Of a DNA stretch of 64,000 bases, positions 18,901-30,121 are shown piece after piece; within the stretch, counting starts at the first letter, position 1, and each line of letters begins with the position of its first letter. This stretch comes from an uncultured Acidobacteriota bacterium (GTDB lineage Bacteria > Acidobacteriota > Vicinamibacteria > Vicinamibacterales > CAVVIG01), in contig CAVWHY010000003.1 in assembly GCA_963754955.1 (NCBI GenBank), positions 13,576 to 77,575 on the forward strand, written 5' to 3'. Below the pieces are notes generated by a model. The model ran no database searches. It saw only the letters and a program-made list of their open reading frames with translations, and had not been told where the DNA came from. The position numbers and the translations under genes are program-made.

Positions 18901-19786
18901 ACAGCAGTGACGAGCGCGCGACGATCAGGATGAGGGCGATCGCGCCGGTTGCGGAGAGAAACCCGCGAGCCGTCCGCGCGCGGCGGCGCACGTCGAGCAG
19001 CGGCCCGGCGCACAGCAGCAGGGCGACGACGATTACGAGCGCGCTCGCGGCGAGCGTTCGCGCGCGCCATCGCGCCCGCGCGTCCGCCAGGGCCGCCCGG
19101 GACACGCGGGCCTCGACTAGAAGCCCGCCCGTTGGCGATGGAATCAGGAACCTGGCCGCATCGTCGCCTTCGTCCGGCGGGCCGGGGCCTTCGAACTCCG
19201 TGCGGATCGACACGGGGACAATCGACGTGGAGACGACCGCCGCGCCGGCAGCCAGTCCGGTCGTCGGCTGAAGCCCCGATAACGACTGTTCGACCACCAC
19301 GGTCGCTTGCCGGCCTCCGGGACGCCGGGGATCGGCCACGGGTTCGACACGGACCAGCCGTGGCCCGAGCGCGCCGGGCGCCACAAACAGCGCCGCCGGG
19401 CCGCCCAGACGTTCCTTTGCCAGATCGAGCACCCGCCCGGCCCACGCAAGCGGCCGGCCAGCCGTGTCGTAGACGGTGATCCCCGTACGCCCGGCCTGGT
19501 CGGCCGGCAACACCTGGGAGAGGACATCGAACAGTTGTGTCGCCGTTGCCGCGTCGCGCTGCGCGAGTTGAATCGCCGTGCGAGACGCGATCACGCGGGC
19601 GGCCATTGCGCCGAGGGCCTCGGCGCTGCCGTCGAACTGGCTGCGGAATTCGGTCTCGACGCGAGCCAGCGCTTCGTCGTCGGTCGATCCGAACCGGCTG
19701 AGCTCGAGGGCTCGACCGGCGGCGGCGGCGATGACGGCGCCGAGCAGTCCGCCGACGATGAGTCGTCCGGCTAGCGCGTTTTTCAT
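15889..19786 (-). CDS. NtrY-like sensor histidine kinase with very large N-terminal membrane/periplasmic region, frame broken four times as sequenced
   Basis: Five consecutive minus-strand ORF pieces: 17612..19786, 17128..18810, 16185..17279, 15881..16480 and 15889..16116. Joined, they read as one protein with multiple TM segments, HAMP (INRLSHATRRIARGDLD), HisKA (VAHDIKNPLTPIQLSAE) and HATPase_c (NVIENALHAMPGRGRL...DTGVGMD...GTGLGLTIAK). Breaks lie near 18745, 17170, 16280 and 16115. The span is 3898 nt. Confidence 0.75.
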
Positions 19787-19864
19787 TCAGGTGTCGTGCG
19801 GACCTTCAGGCCCGCTCAGCATACAATTGAAGCACATCGCCCGAGTGCGGCGAATTCCCCGAAC

Positions 19865-20948
19865 GTGACCCTCAAGCTGCTTCTCAAACGCGGCGCGCTG
19901 CTCGCCGTTGCCAACTGGCAGGCGGTGGCGATCCAGTTCTTCGCAGAGACGACGTTCCAGGTGTTGCTGGCTGTTCCGATCTTCGGCGCCGCGATCCTCG
20001 TGGCCGTCGCCGTCGGCGCTGACCTGGGTGACCTGCTGCAGGGCAATCTTCGGGAGATCGCCGCCAACATCGCCCGCGCGCTGACCGCCGAACCGGTCGC
20101 GCTTGGTTCATTCCTGGTCGCGTTCGGGATCGCCCTGGCGGGGGGATCGGCGCTGACGTGTCTGGTCAAAGGGGGGACGCTCGACGTGCTCCTCGCGGCG
20201 AACGACGCCGCCGGTCCGATCGAGCGCGAAGCCGTGACGTTCGACAGCCTGCGCGGCGCCGCGCAGTTCAACGTGCCGCGATTCATGAGCGGCTGCGTGC
20301 GGCTGTTCCGGTCGTACCTGGGCGCTCGGCCTCGTGCTGGTGCTCGCGTATGCCGCATCAGGCGCCGTGTACCTCGCATGTGTCGTGTACGGATACCGCG
20401 CGGCCGAAGACGTGGTAAGCGTCATTGGATGGACCGCGATCGCTGCGGTCGCCACCGTGGTGCTGATCCTCTGGATCACCCTCGTCAACCTGGTCTATCT
20501 GCTGACTCAGATTGCGATGGCCGCCGACAACATCGGTCTTTCCGATGCGTTTCGCGCGGTCGGTCGATTCGTGCGCGTGGAAGCATCCGCGCTGTCGCGC
20601 ATGTTCCTGATCGTGCTCGCGCTGGTCGTCGGCGCGACGCTCGTCTCGGCGCTCGCGTGGTCCGGGGTCGGCCTGATCGCGTTCGTGCCGCTCGTGGGCC
20701 TCGCCGTGGTGCCGCTGCAACTCGTGGCGCTCATCCTGCGGGGGCTCGCCTTCGAGTACATCGGACTCGCGGCAGCGGGCGCGTATCTGACGCTCTACCG
20801 CCGGATGCCGCGCGGCGCCGAGCGCCGCGATCCCGGCCTCGGACTCATCGACTCCCCGGTGGGCGCGATGGCCCCGGTGGCAGCGGCCCCGGCTGGCCCG
20901 GTGCCGGCGCCGTCGGGGTCATCGGGACCAGGCCCGGCAGCGGCGTAA
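19865..20948 (+). CDS. polytopic membrane protein of unknown function, one frame break (~20310-20335)
   Basis: ORF 19796..21133 (hydrophobic N-half, likely GTG start at 19865) continues in ORF 20334..20948 (TM-rich, Pro/Ala/Gly tail). The span is 3n+1. Confidence 0.45.
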
Positions 20949-22083
20949 GCGGCGCGATCGCCGGATCGAATGAGTGGCTGAGCGCGACAACGGTCACGCC
21001 CTTCACGATGTCGCGCGCCACGGCAATCACCACCGGAAACGCACGAGACACGGGCGTGAAGAGGTGCGGCGGCGCCGCGAGTTCACCGGCGAGAGCAAAC
21101 TCACCAGCGGCTTTACCGTCGGTGGTCCGGTAGGCCCGAAGCATCGGCGCAGGTCCCGAGACGAGGATCGATTCGGCCGCGTGGAGCGGCCCGGTCGCGG
21201 GGCGCAGCGGCAGCGGGATTTTCCAGCGCTGCACGCCGTTCGACTTGTTCAGGGCCCTGAGCACGTTGTCGAGTGAGACGAAGTAGGCCGTCCGGTCGTC
21301 CACGACCGGGAGGCCGATGACAGGTCCTCCGGTCTGCCAGCGCCACTCGACCGCGCCGTCCCGGGTGTTCAAGCAGTAGAAGAAGCGATCCTGCGAGCCG
21401 AGGTAGAGACGGTCGCCGCTGACGAGGATTTCGTTCGCGGCGCCGCCGAGCCGGCGCTCCCAGACGAGCTCGCCCGTGTCGATGCGCATGGCGACCACGC
21501 GGGAGTCGCTCGCGGGCAGGTACAGGTGTTCGCCGGCAAGTGCCGGCCGCGCGTGGGCGACCGCGCCGACGTTGCGGCGCCACAACAAGGTGCCGTCGGC
21601 AGCCCGGAAGGCGAGCACGTCGTTGCTGATCGTTGCGACCAGCAGCCAGCCGTTGTCCCAGACCGGCGGGACCGCGACCATCTCGGCCAGCGGCAGTTCC
21701 CATGCGGACGTGCCGTCGGCCGCGCGCAGCGCCGACAGGCCGCCGGGCCTCACCACGAACACGAGGTCGTCGCCGGCCGCCGGTTCGAACGTGGTGTGGA
21801 TCTTCGTCAGCCAGAGCCGCGTGCCGGTCGCGAGCTCGTACGCGGCGAGTTGATCGCCTTCGAGCGGGAAATAGGCGCGCGTCGCGTCGAAGCCGGGCGT
21901 CGCGGTCAGGCTGCTGTTGAGCGCGAGGGTCCAGAGCGTCTGCAATGGAAAGAGGGGCAGGGGCGTGCGATCGTCGGCCGCGTACGTTTGTTTGACGCGC
22001 CGCGCCTGCGCTGAGCTGACGCCCGTCAACGCCGTGATGAGGGCAAGTGCACTACAACATATTGTGGTCAGACGACTCGCCAC
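20845..22083 (-). CDS. PQQ-like beta-propeller repeat protein (BamB-like), secreted
   Basis: C-terminal 413 aa of ORF 20845..23571, starting at GTG 22083 ([27 protein letters not shown] signal peptide). Repeated xxDGxxxW propeller motifs are present ([41 protein letters not shown]). Confidence 0.75.
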   Translation of the reverse strand: MASRLTTICCSALALITALTGVSSAQARRVKQTYAADDRTPLPLFPLQTLWTLALNSSLTATPGFDATRAYFPLEGDQLAAYELATGTRLWLTKIHTTFEPAAGDDLVFVVRPGGLSALRAADGTSAWELPLAEMVAVPPVWDNGWLLVATISNDVLAFRAADGTLLWRRNVGAVAHARPALAGEHLYLPASDSRVVAMRIDTGELVWERRLGGAANEILVSGDRLYLGSQDRFFYCLNTRDGAVEWRWQTGGPVIGLPVVDDRTAYFVSLDNVLRALNKSNGVQRWKIPLPLRPATGPLHAAESILVSGPAPMLRAYRTTDGKAAGEFALAGELAAPPHLFTPVSRAFPVVIAVARDIVKGVTVVALSHSFDPAIAPLTPLPGLVPMTPTAPAPGQPGPLPPGPSRPPGSR

Positions 22084-22143
22084 CCCGTTATAATAGCGGC
22101 TAATCGCTCCACTCCTTCGATAAGCTCCAGGCGGGTCGTTTCG

Positions 22144-23679
22144 GTGAGCCACCAAACAATCGTCGTTCTCGACTTCGGGTCTCAGTACACACAGCTCATC
22201 GCCCGGCGGCTTCGCGAGCTCTCGGTGTACTCGGAGATCTGGCCGCCGGATGCGCCGGCCGAGAAGATTCGCGCGAAGCGTCCGGCCGGAATCATCCTGT
22301 CCGGTGGGCCGAAGAGCGTGTCCGACGCGGGCGCGCCGAAATGCGATGCCGCCGTGTTCGACGTCGGCATCCCCGTGCTCGGGATCTGTTACGGCATGCA
22401 GCTGATGGCGGATACCCTCGGCGGGACGGTCGCTCCCGCGCGCCAGCGCGAGTTCGGCCACGCAATGGTCTCGGTGAACGGACCCGCCCCGCTGTTTGCG
22501 GGAGTGCCGCCTGAGATCCGCGTCTGGGCGAGCCACGGCGACTTCGTCGCCGCCGCGCCGAAAGGGTTTTCCGTCGTCGCGACCAGCGCGAATGCGCCGG
22601 TCGCGGCGATGATGGACGACACGCGCGCGCTGCACGCGCTGCTGTTTCATCCCGAGGTCGTGCACACGGAATTCGGCCTGGAGATACTTCGCAACTTCGC
22701 GTACGGTGTCTGCGGATGCTCGGGCGACTGGACGATGGCCTCGTTTGTCGAGGAGGCGACGGCGCGCGTCAAGGCGCAGGTCGGCGACGGGCGCGTCGTG
22801 TGCGGCCTGAGCGGCGGCGTCGATTCGACAGTGGCGGCGCTCATCATTCACCGCGCGATCGGCCGGAACCTCACATGCATCCTGGTGGACAACGGCGTGC
22901 TCCGGCTGGACGAGGCCGCCCAGATCCGGAAGCGGTTCGAGCGGCTGAACCTGCCGCTTGTGTTCGCCGACGCATCCCAGCAGTTTCTGGAACGCCTCAC
23001 GGGTGTCGTCGAGCCGGAGCAGAAGCGCAAGATCATCGGCGCGACGTTCATCGACGTCTTCGAGGAAGAGGCGGCGAAGCTCGGAACCGTCGATTTCCTG
23101 GCGCAGGGCACCCTGTATCCCGACGTCATCGAGTCGGTGGCCATCGTCGGGCAGTCCTCGTTGATCAAGAGCCATCACAACGTCGGCGGCCTTCCGGAGC
23201 GCATGCGCATGAAGCTCGTCGAGCCGCTGCGCGAACTGTTCAAGGACGAAGTCCGCGAGGTGGGCCGGAAGCTGGACCTCGACGACGAGTTCGTGATGCG
23301 GCAGCCGTTTCCCGGCCCGGGACTGGCCGTGCGGATCCTGGGCGAGGTGACGCCGGCGCGCCTGAGCCTGCTGCGCCGCGCCGACGCGATCGTGTCGGAG
23401 GAAGTGAAGCGCGACGGGTGGTATTCGCGTGTCTGGCAGAGCTTCGCCGTGCTCCTGCCGATTCAGAGCGTGGGTGTCATGGGCGACGAGCGAACCTACG
23501 AGTACACGGCGGCGATTCGGGCCGTCGAGAGCCGCGACGGCATGACGGCCGACTGGGCCCGGCTGCCACACGAACTCCTCGCGCGGATCTCGTCGCGCAT
23601 CGTCAACGAAGTGCGCGGCATCAACCGCGTCGTGTACGACATCAGCTCGAAGCCGCCGTCAACGATCGAGTGGGAGTGA
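22144..23679 (+). CDS. guaA: GMP synthase (glutamine-hydrolysing)
   Basis: 511 aa. GATase domain ([10 protein letters not shown]), ATP-PPase SGGVDS motif, and the C-terminal ...KPPSTIEWE end typical of GuaA. Confidence 0.95.
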   Translation: MSHQTIVVLDFGSQYTQLIARRLRELSVYSEIWPPDAPAEKIRAKRPAGIILSGGPKSVSDAGAPKCDAAVFDVGIPVLGICYGMQLMADTLGGTVAPARQREFGHAMVSVNGPAPLFAGVPPEIRVWASHGDFVAAAPKGFSVVATSANAPVAAMMDDTRALHALLFHPEVVHTEFGLEILRNFAYGVCGCSGDWTMASFVEEATARVKAQVGDGRVVCGLSGGVDSTVAALIIHRAIGRNLTCILVDNGVLRLDEAAQIRKRFERLNLPLVFADASQQFLERLTGVVEPEQKRKIIGATFIDVFEEEAAKLGTVDFLAQGTLYPDVIESVAIVGQSSLIKSHHNVGGLPERMRMKLVEPLRELFKDEVREVGRKLDLDDEFVMRQPFPGPGLAVRILGEVTPARLSLLRRADAIVSEEVKRDGWYSRVWQSFAVLLPIQSVGVMGDERTYEYTAAIRAVESRDGMTADWARLPHELLARISSRIVNEVRGINRVVYDISSKPPSTIEWE

Positions 23680-23842
23680 GGTCGTCCTTGGTCCCTGGTT
23701 CCTGGTTCTTGGTCCGTCCCGGGTCCGTAGTCCCTGGTCCGTCCTGGATGACGATCGCCGGACCCGGAACGAAGGACGAAGGACGGACCATGGATGAAGG
23801 GCGGACCATGGACCAGGCACCAGGAACCAAGGACCAGGAAAA
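23680..23842. repeat. period-7/8 tandem-unit palindrome (TGGTCC / GGACCA units)
   Basis: Fills the whole guaA-dnaE spacer. The outer arms 23684-23719 and 23799-23834 are 31/36 complementary by hand alignment. An inner stem CCGGGTCCG / CGGACCCGG is also present. Confidence 0.75.
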
Positions 23843-26800
23843 GTGACCGACTTCGTCCACCTTCACCTGCACACCGAGTTCTCACTACTCGACGGCGCGT
23901 GCCGCATCGACGAAGTGCTGGATCAGGCGGTGGCGCTGAAGATGCCGGCGATGGCGGTCACCGAGCACGGGAACATGTTCTCGTCGGTCATCTTCCACGA
24001 CCACGCGCGGCAGCGCGGCATCAACCCGATTCTGGGCTGCGAGGTGTACGTGGCGCCGGGCAGCCGGCTGAACAAGAACGGCAGCCCCGGCGAGACCGCC
24101 AATCATCTCGTCCTGCTGGCGGAAAACGCCGAGGGCTACCACAACCTGATCAAGCTCGTCTCGGCCGGGTACACCGAGGGCTTCTACTACAAGCCGCGCA
24201 TCGACAAGGAACTCCTCGCGCAGCACGCGAAGGGCCTCATCGGCTTGAGCAGCTGTCTCAAAGGCGAGGTTGCCGAAGGCCTGTCGCGCCAGCAGGAGCG
24301 CAAGGCCGTCGAAGCCGCGGGCGCGTATCGCGACATCCTCGGCCCGGGCAACTTCTTCCTGGAAATGCAGTGGCACGGCATCGAGGAGCAGCGCGTGGTC
24401 AACGGCGGCATGCCCGCCATCGCGCGCGATCTGAAGCTGCCGATGGTGTGCACCAACGACGTCCACTACCTGCGCGCGGGTGACGCGCATCCGCACGACG
24501 TGCTGCTCTGCATCGGAACCGGCAAGGCGTTCAGCGATCCCAAGCGCCTGCGCTACGACGCCAAGCAGTTCTTCCTGAAGACGGCCGACGAGATGGCCGA
24601 GGCGTTCAGGGATTTTCCCGATGCGCTGGCGAACACTGTGCGGATCGCGGAGCGGTGCAACGTCAAGCTGGGGGAGGGCGAGAACTTCCTGCCCAACTTC
24701 GACGTGCCCGCGCCGTTTACCCTGGACGACTACTTCGAGCACGTGACGCGCGAGGGATTCGCGGAGCGGCTGGTCCGGCTGAAACACCTCGCGTCCACCG
24801 GAGCGCTGCGGCACACGATCGACGAGTACGAGCGCCGCCTGGCGTACGAAATCGAGATGATCAAGAAGATGAAGTACCCGGGTACTTCCTGATCGTCTGG
24901 GATTTCATCCGCTACGCGCGCGAGCAGGACATCCCGGTCGGCCCCGGGCGCGGGTCGGCTGCGGGAAGCCTGGTCGCCTACTGCCTGCGCATCACCGACG
25001 TCGACCCGATCGACTTCGATTTGATCTTCGAGCGCTTCCTGAACCCCGAGCGTGTGTCGCTGCCGGATATCGACATCGACTTCTGCGAGCGCCGCCGCGG
25101 CGAGGTCATCGAGTACGTCACGCGCAAGTACGGCCGCGAGAACGTCGCCCAGATCATCACCTTCGGCACCATGAAGGCCAAGGCCGCGGTGAAGGACGTG
25201 GGCCGGGTGCTGGAGATCCCGTTCGCCGACGTCAACAAGGTGGCCAAGCTCATCCCGCCGGCCCTCGACATGACGCTGGACAAGGCACTCGAGGAAAGTC
25301 CGGCGCTCAAGGAGCTCGAGCAAAACGATCCGAAGGTCAAGGAACTGCTGAACGTCGCGAGGCGCCTCGAGGGCATGACCCGCCACGCGTCGGTGCACGC
25401 GGCCGGCGTGGTCATCGCGCCCAAGGCGATCACGGAGTACGCGCCGCTCTACAAAGGGGCGCGCGACGAAATCACGACGCAGTGGTCCATGAAGGAGATC
25501 GAGCGTATCGGGCTCCTCAAGATGGACTTCCTGGGTCTGAGCACGCTCACGCTCATCTACGACGCGATCGCCGAGATCAAACGGACTACGGGCGAAACGC
25601 TCGACATCGACCGCGTGCCCCTCGACGATGCGAAGACGTACCAGGTATTTCAGGACGGGGCGACCTACGGCATTTTTCAGTTCGAGAGCAGCGGCATGCG
25701 GGACATCCTGCGCAAGGCGAAGCCGCAGCGCCTCGAGGACTTGATCGCGCTCAACGCGCTCTACCGCCCCGGCCCGCTGCGCAGCGGCATGGTGGACGAC
25801 TTCATCGCGCGGAAGCAGGGCAAGACGGAGGTCAAGTACGAGCTGCCGCAGCTCGAGCCGATTCTGGCGGAAACCTACGGCGTCATCGCGTATCAGGAAC
25901 AGGTGATGCGCATCTCGAACGTCGTCGCGGGGTTCACGCTCGGAGAGGCGGACCTGCTCCGGAAGGCGATGGGCAAGAAGAACGCCGAAGTCATGGCCAA
26001 GATGCGCGGCAAGTTCGTGGACGGATCGAAGAAGCTCGGGACGCCCGAGAAAAAGGCCGCGCACCTGTTCGACCTGATGGAGCACTTCGCGGGGTACGGC
26101 TTCAACAAGTCGCACTCGACGGCGTACGCGTTTCTCGCGTACCAGACCGCGTACCTGAAGGCGAACTACCCGTGGCACTTTGCGGCCGCGCTGCTGACGA
26201 TCGAAGCCCAGAACACGGACAAACTCGCGCTGTATCTCGGTGAATGCCGGGACAGGGCCATTCCCGTCCTGCCGCCCGACGTCAACGAGAGCGAGCTGCG
26301 CTTCACGGTGACCCCCGCGGGCGTCCGTTTTGGCCTGACGGCCATCAAGAACGTCGGCGAGGGCGCGATCGAGTCGCTGCTGACCGTCCGCCGCGCGAAG
26401 GGCCCGATCAAGTCGCTTCAGGCGCTCTGCGAGGATCTCGATCTCCGCCTGTTCAACAAGCGCGTGTTCGAGAGCCTGGCCAAAGCCGGCGCGCTCGACT
26501 CTCTGGCCGGCGGCGTCACGGGACATCCGTGCGAGGTGAGGCCGCGGCTGGTGGCGGCGGTGGACGTCGCGTGCGAATACGGCGCGCGGCTGCAGCGCGA
26601 CAGGAACGAAGGGCAGGCCCAGTTGTTCGGCGGGGCAGACGAGAGCGACGCTCCGGCAGCCGATGGCCGGCTGCCCGAGGCGGCGCCGTGGAGCGAGAGC
26701 GAGCAGCTCGCGTTCGAAAAGGAAACACTGGGGTTGTACTGGAGCGGCCATCCGGCCGATCGCTACCGCGACGACCTGAAACAGTTTGGCGCCCGGTCTA

Positions 26801-27378
26801 CAGGCGATCTGGCGGAAGCGCCGACGACCGCGCGCGCTGACGGATGGGGGCCCGGCGGGCCCAAGCCCATCGAGCCGGATACGAGCGTCGGCGGCATCGT
26901 CGCCGCGTGCCGGCCGCTGAAGACGCGCAAGGGCGATTCGATGGCGGTCTTCACGCTCGAGGACGCCCAGGGCGGCGTGGAAGTCATCGTGTTTCCGGAG
27001 GCGTTCCAGCGGAGCGCCGGCCTCATTGAAACGGGCACGCTCGTCCTGGTGCGCGGCAAGCTCGAACGCGACGAGGAGTCGGTGCGCCTGCTCGCCTCGG
27101 AAATCCTCCCGCTCGACAGCCTGCGTGAGCGGCTGACCCGCGAGGTCGCGATCCGTGTCAAGATGCCGGCGGACCGTGGGGTGTTCGAGGCCCTGGGCGC
27201 AGTCTTTTCGCGGCATCGGGGCGATCGGCGCGTCTCGTTAGAGATCGAACTACCATCGGGAGCCACGCCCCTTCGCGTCCGCGCGGACGTCTCCCACCAG
27301 ATCCGGGTCCGCCCCTCCTCGACGCTGATCGCCGAGGTCGAAGAGATCGTCGGCCACGGGTCGGTGTCGCTCAAGTGA
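23843..27378 (+). CDS. dnaE: DNA polymerase III alpha subunit, one frame break (~24880)
   Basis: ORF 23843..24892 carries the PHP domain (VTDFVHLHLHTEFSLLDG) and ends ...KMKYPG. ORF 24655..27378 continues GYFLIVWDFIRYAREQDIPVGPGRGSAAGSLVAY... The span is 3536 nt = 3n+2. The junction is at the CCCGGG around 24877-24882 and behaves as a 1-nt deletion. Confidence 0.95.
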
Positions 27379-27393
27379 GGTCGTCAGGACCGT

Positions 27394-28359
27394 ATGGCTG
27401 AGACGCTGGATTTCGAAGAACCCATCGCGAAGCTCCTGAAAGAACTCGAGTCGCTCACCGTTCTGCCCCGCACCGACGCCCATCAGCGATCGATCGACAC
27501 GCTGCGCCACCGGCTCGATTCGCTGCGCGGGGAAGTCTACGCCTCGCTGACGCCGTGGCAGCGCGTGCAGGTCGCGCGGCACCCGAACCGCCCCGGCCTC
27601 GACGGCTTCATCGAGCGGCTCTTCACCGGGTTTGTCGAAATCCACGGCGACCGTCGCTTCGCCGACGACCACGCGATCATGACCGGCTTCGCGGACTACA
27701 AGGGCCTGCCGATCCTGGTCGTGGGGCACGTCAAGGGCGGCGACACGAAGGACAAGATCTACCGCAACTTCGGCTACGCGAGGCCCGAGGGCTACCGCAA
27801 GGCGCTGCGGGCGATGCGCCTCGCGGAGAAATTCAGCCGGCCGGTGGTCATCTTCGTCGACACGCCCGCGGCGTTCCCGGGCATCGAATCGGAAGAACGC
27901 GGCGTGGCCGAAGCGATCGCGGTCAACCTGCGCGACATGATGCTGCTCGACACGCCGGTGATCGTGATCGTCAGCGGCGAGGGCGGGAGCGGCGGGGCGC
28001 TCGGCATCGCGGTCGGCGACGCCGTCATGATGCAGGAGTACGCGATCTACAGCGTCATTCCGCCCGAGGGGTGCGCGGCAATCCTGTGGCGCGACGCGAA
28101 CAAGAAGATGGCCGCCGCGGAAGCGTTGAAGCTGACCGCGCCCGATCTCCTCACGGCCGGAATTATCGATCGCATCATCCCGGAGCCGGTTGGCGGCGCG
28201 CACGCGGATCCCGATGCCGCGGCGCGCCTGGTCGACGGCGTGCTGTGGCAGGTGCTGAGCGAGGTGCGGGCGCTCGACTCGCGCACGCGACTTGATCGGC
28301 GCTACCGCAAGTTCCGGAACATGGGCCGCCTCGGCATCGACTTCGTGGACGAAGGATGA
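27394..28359 (+). CDS. accA: acetyl-CoA carboxylase carboxyltransferase alpha subunit
   Basis: 321 aa: LDFEEPIAKL..., RHPNRP, FVDTPAAFPGIESEERG, SGEGGSGGAL. Confidence 0.95.
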   Translation: MAETLDFEEPIAKLLKELESLTVLPRTDAHQRSIDTLRHRLDSLRGEVYASLTPWQRVQVARHPNRPGLDGFIERLFTGFVEIHGDRRFADDHAIMTGFADYKGLPILVVGHVKGGDTKDKIYRNFGYARPEGYRKALRAMRLAEKFSRPVVIFVDTPAAFPGIESEERGVAEAIAVNLRDMMLLDTPVIVIVSGEGGSGGALGIAVGDAVMMQEYAIYSVIPPEGCAAILWRDANKKMAAAEALKLTAPDLLTAGIIDRIIPEPVGGAHADPDAAARLVDGVLWQVLSEVRALDSRTRLDRRYRKFRNMGRLGIDFVDEG

Positions 28360-30116
28360 GCACCATTTCGCCGCGCTGGGAATCGCAGGGCTGCGACGAG
28401 GGCGCGGCGGCGCGGCTGGCTGCGGCCATCGGCATTCCCCCGATCGTGGCGCGCCTGCTGTGTCAGCGCGGGCTCGACGATCCGGAACTGGCGGCCCGGT
28501 TCCTGACGCCTACGCTCGAGCATCTCCACGACCCGATGGCGCTGGCCGACATGAAGGTCGCGGTCGACCGCATCCTGGCCGCCGTAGCGCGCAAGGAACG
28601 CATCGCCATCCACGGTGATTACGACGTCGACGGCATTACCTCCACCGTGATTCTCCGCCGCATGCTCGAGTTGCTGGGCGGCGACGTGGTGCACTTCATC
28701 CCCGAGCGGATGCGCGACGGCTACGGCCTCCAGCCGGCGGCGCTGGAGCGGCTGCACGCGGAAGGCGTCTCCCTGGTCGTGTCCGTCGATTGTGGCATCC
28801 GGGGCGCCGAGGCGGCCCTCAGGGCTCGCGAACTCGGCCTCGACCTCATCATCACCGACCACCACGAGCCGGACGCCGAACTGCCGTTGGCGCTCGCGGT
28901 CATCAACCCCAAGCGGCGCGACTGCACATACCCCGACAAATGGCTTGCCGGCGTCGGCGTCGCGCTGAAGGTCGTGCAGGCGCTCTGCCGAGCGACCGGG
29001 CACGACAGCTGGCTGCCGGGATTCGTGAAGATCGCCGCCATTGGGACGCTCGCCGACGTCGTACCTCTCGTGGGCGAGAACCGGGTGATTGCCAAGATCG
29101 GCCTCGAGCTGCTCTCGAAGGGGCCGCACAAGATCGGCCTGCGATCGCTGCTCGACGTGTCCGGCCTGTCGGGCAAGGCCATCGACAGCTATCACATCGC
29201 GTTCATGCTGGCCCCGCGCGTCAATGCCGCCGGGCGCATGAGCACGCCCGACATCGCCACGCGCCTCCTGCTGGCGAGCGACGAAGCGCTGGGGGACGAA
29301 GCCCGAGCGCTGGCCACGCAGCTGGACACGGAGAACGTCCGGCGGCGGGAAGAGGAAGCCGCGATCGTCACCGCAGCGAGGAAGATCGTGCAGACCGATC
29401 CCGATGTCGGTGCCCAGACGGTCCTCGTCGTCGCGGGGGAGGGCTGGCACCGCGGTGTGATCGGGATCGTCGCTTCCAAGCTGGTCGACGCGTTCCACCG
29501 CCCGGCCATCGTGCTGTCCGTGGACGGCGGTGTGGCACACGGCTCGTGCCGCAGCATCTCGCGGTTCGACATGCTCGGCGCGCTGGAGCGTTCGGCGCAC
29601 CTGTTGACGAAGTTCGGCGGGCACAAGCAGGCGGCCGGGCTGACGATGGACGCCGATCGCATTCGCGATCTGCGCGCGTCGGTCAACGCGGTCGCGGACG
29701 AAACGCTGGGCCCCGAGGACCTCATGCCGCGCCTGCGGATCGACGGCGACCTGCTGTTCCGCGGGATCAGCGGCGACGTCGCGTCCGGTCTCGCGGCGCT
29801 CGCGCCGTTCGGCGCCGGCAATCCCCGTCCCGTGTTCGCGGCGCGCGGCGTGGAGATAGTCGACGGACCGCGGAAGCTGAAAGAGCGTCATCTCAAGATG
29901 TCGCTGAAGCAGGACGGACGCATTTTCAGGGCGGTCGCGTGGCGCGCGGCCGAGCGCCACGACTACCTGGTCGATCACAAGGCTGCCCTCGACGTCGCCT
30001 TCTCGCTCGAGCAGAACGAGTTCAACGGGGCGACCTACCTGGAGCTCTCGCTGTCGGACGCGAGATCGGCCGCCTCCCCGGGTTCCCTGCCTGTGCCCCC
30101 GCGCGCACCCGCGTAA
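28356..30116 (+). CDS. recJ: single-stranded-DNA-specific exonuclease RecJ
   Basis: 586 aa with DHH motifs (IHGDYDVDGITS, VSVDCG, ITDHH) and DHHA1 (GGHKQAAG). Confidence 0.9.
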   Translation: MSTISPRWESQGCDEGAAARLAAAIGIPPIVARLLCQRGLDDPELAARFLTPTLEHLHDPMALADMKVAVDRILAAVARKERIAIHGDYDVDGITSTVILRRMLELLGGDVVHFIPERMRDGYGLQPAALERLHAEGVSLVVSVDCGIRGAEAALRARELGLDLIITDHHEPDAELPLALAVINPKRRDCTYPDKWLAGVGVALKVVQALCRATGHDSWLPGFVKIAAIGTLADVVPLVGENRVIAKIGLELLSKGPHKIGLRSLLDVSGLSGKAIDSYHIAFMLAPRVNAAGRMSTPDIATRLLLASDEALGDEARALATQLDTENVRRREEEAAIVTAARKIVQTDPDVGAQTVLVVAGEGWHRGVIGIVASKLVDAFHRPAIVLSVDGGVAHGSCRSISRFDMLGALERSAHLLTKFGGHKQAAGLTMDADRIRDLRASVNAVADETLGPEDLMPRLRIDGDLLFRGISGDVASGLAALAPFGAGNPRPVFAARGVEIVDGPRKLKERHLKMSLKQDGRIFRAVAWRAAERHDYLVDHKAALDVAFSLEQNEFNGATYLELSLSDARSAASPGSLPVPPRAPA

Positions 30117-30121
30117 TCACG

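Noticed and set aside
22089-22094. Perfect TATAAT 50 nt upstream of guaA as a -10 promoter element.
   Set aside because: No convincing -35 lies at 16-18 nt spacing. A single hexamer is not enough to call a promoter. It remains plausible but unsupported.
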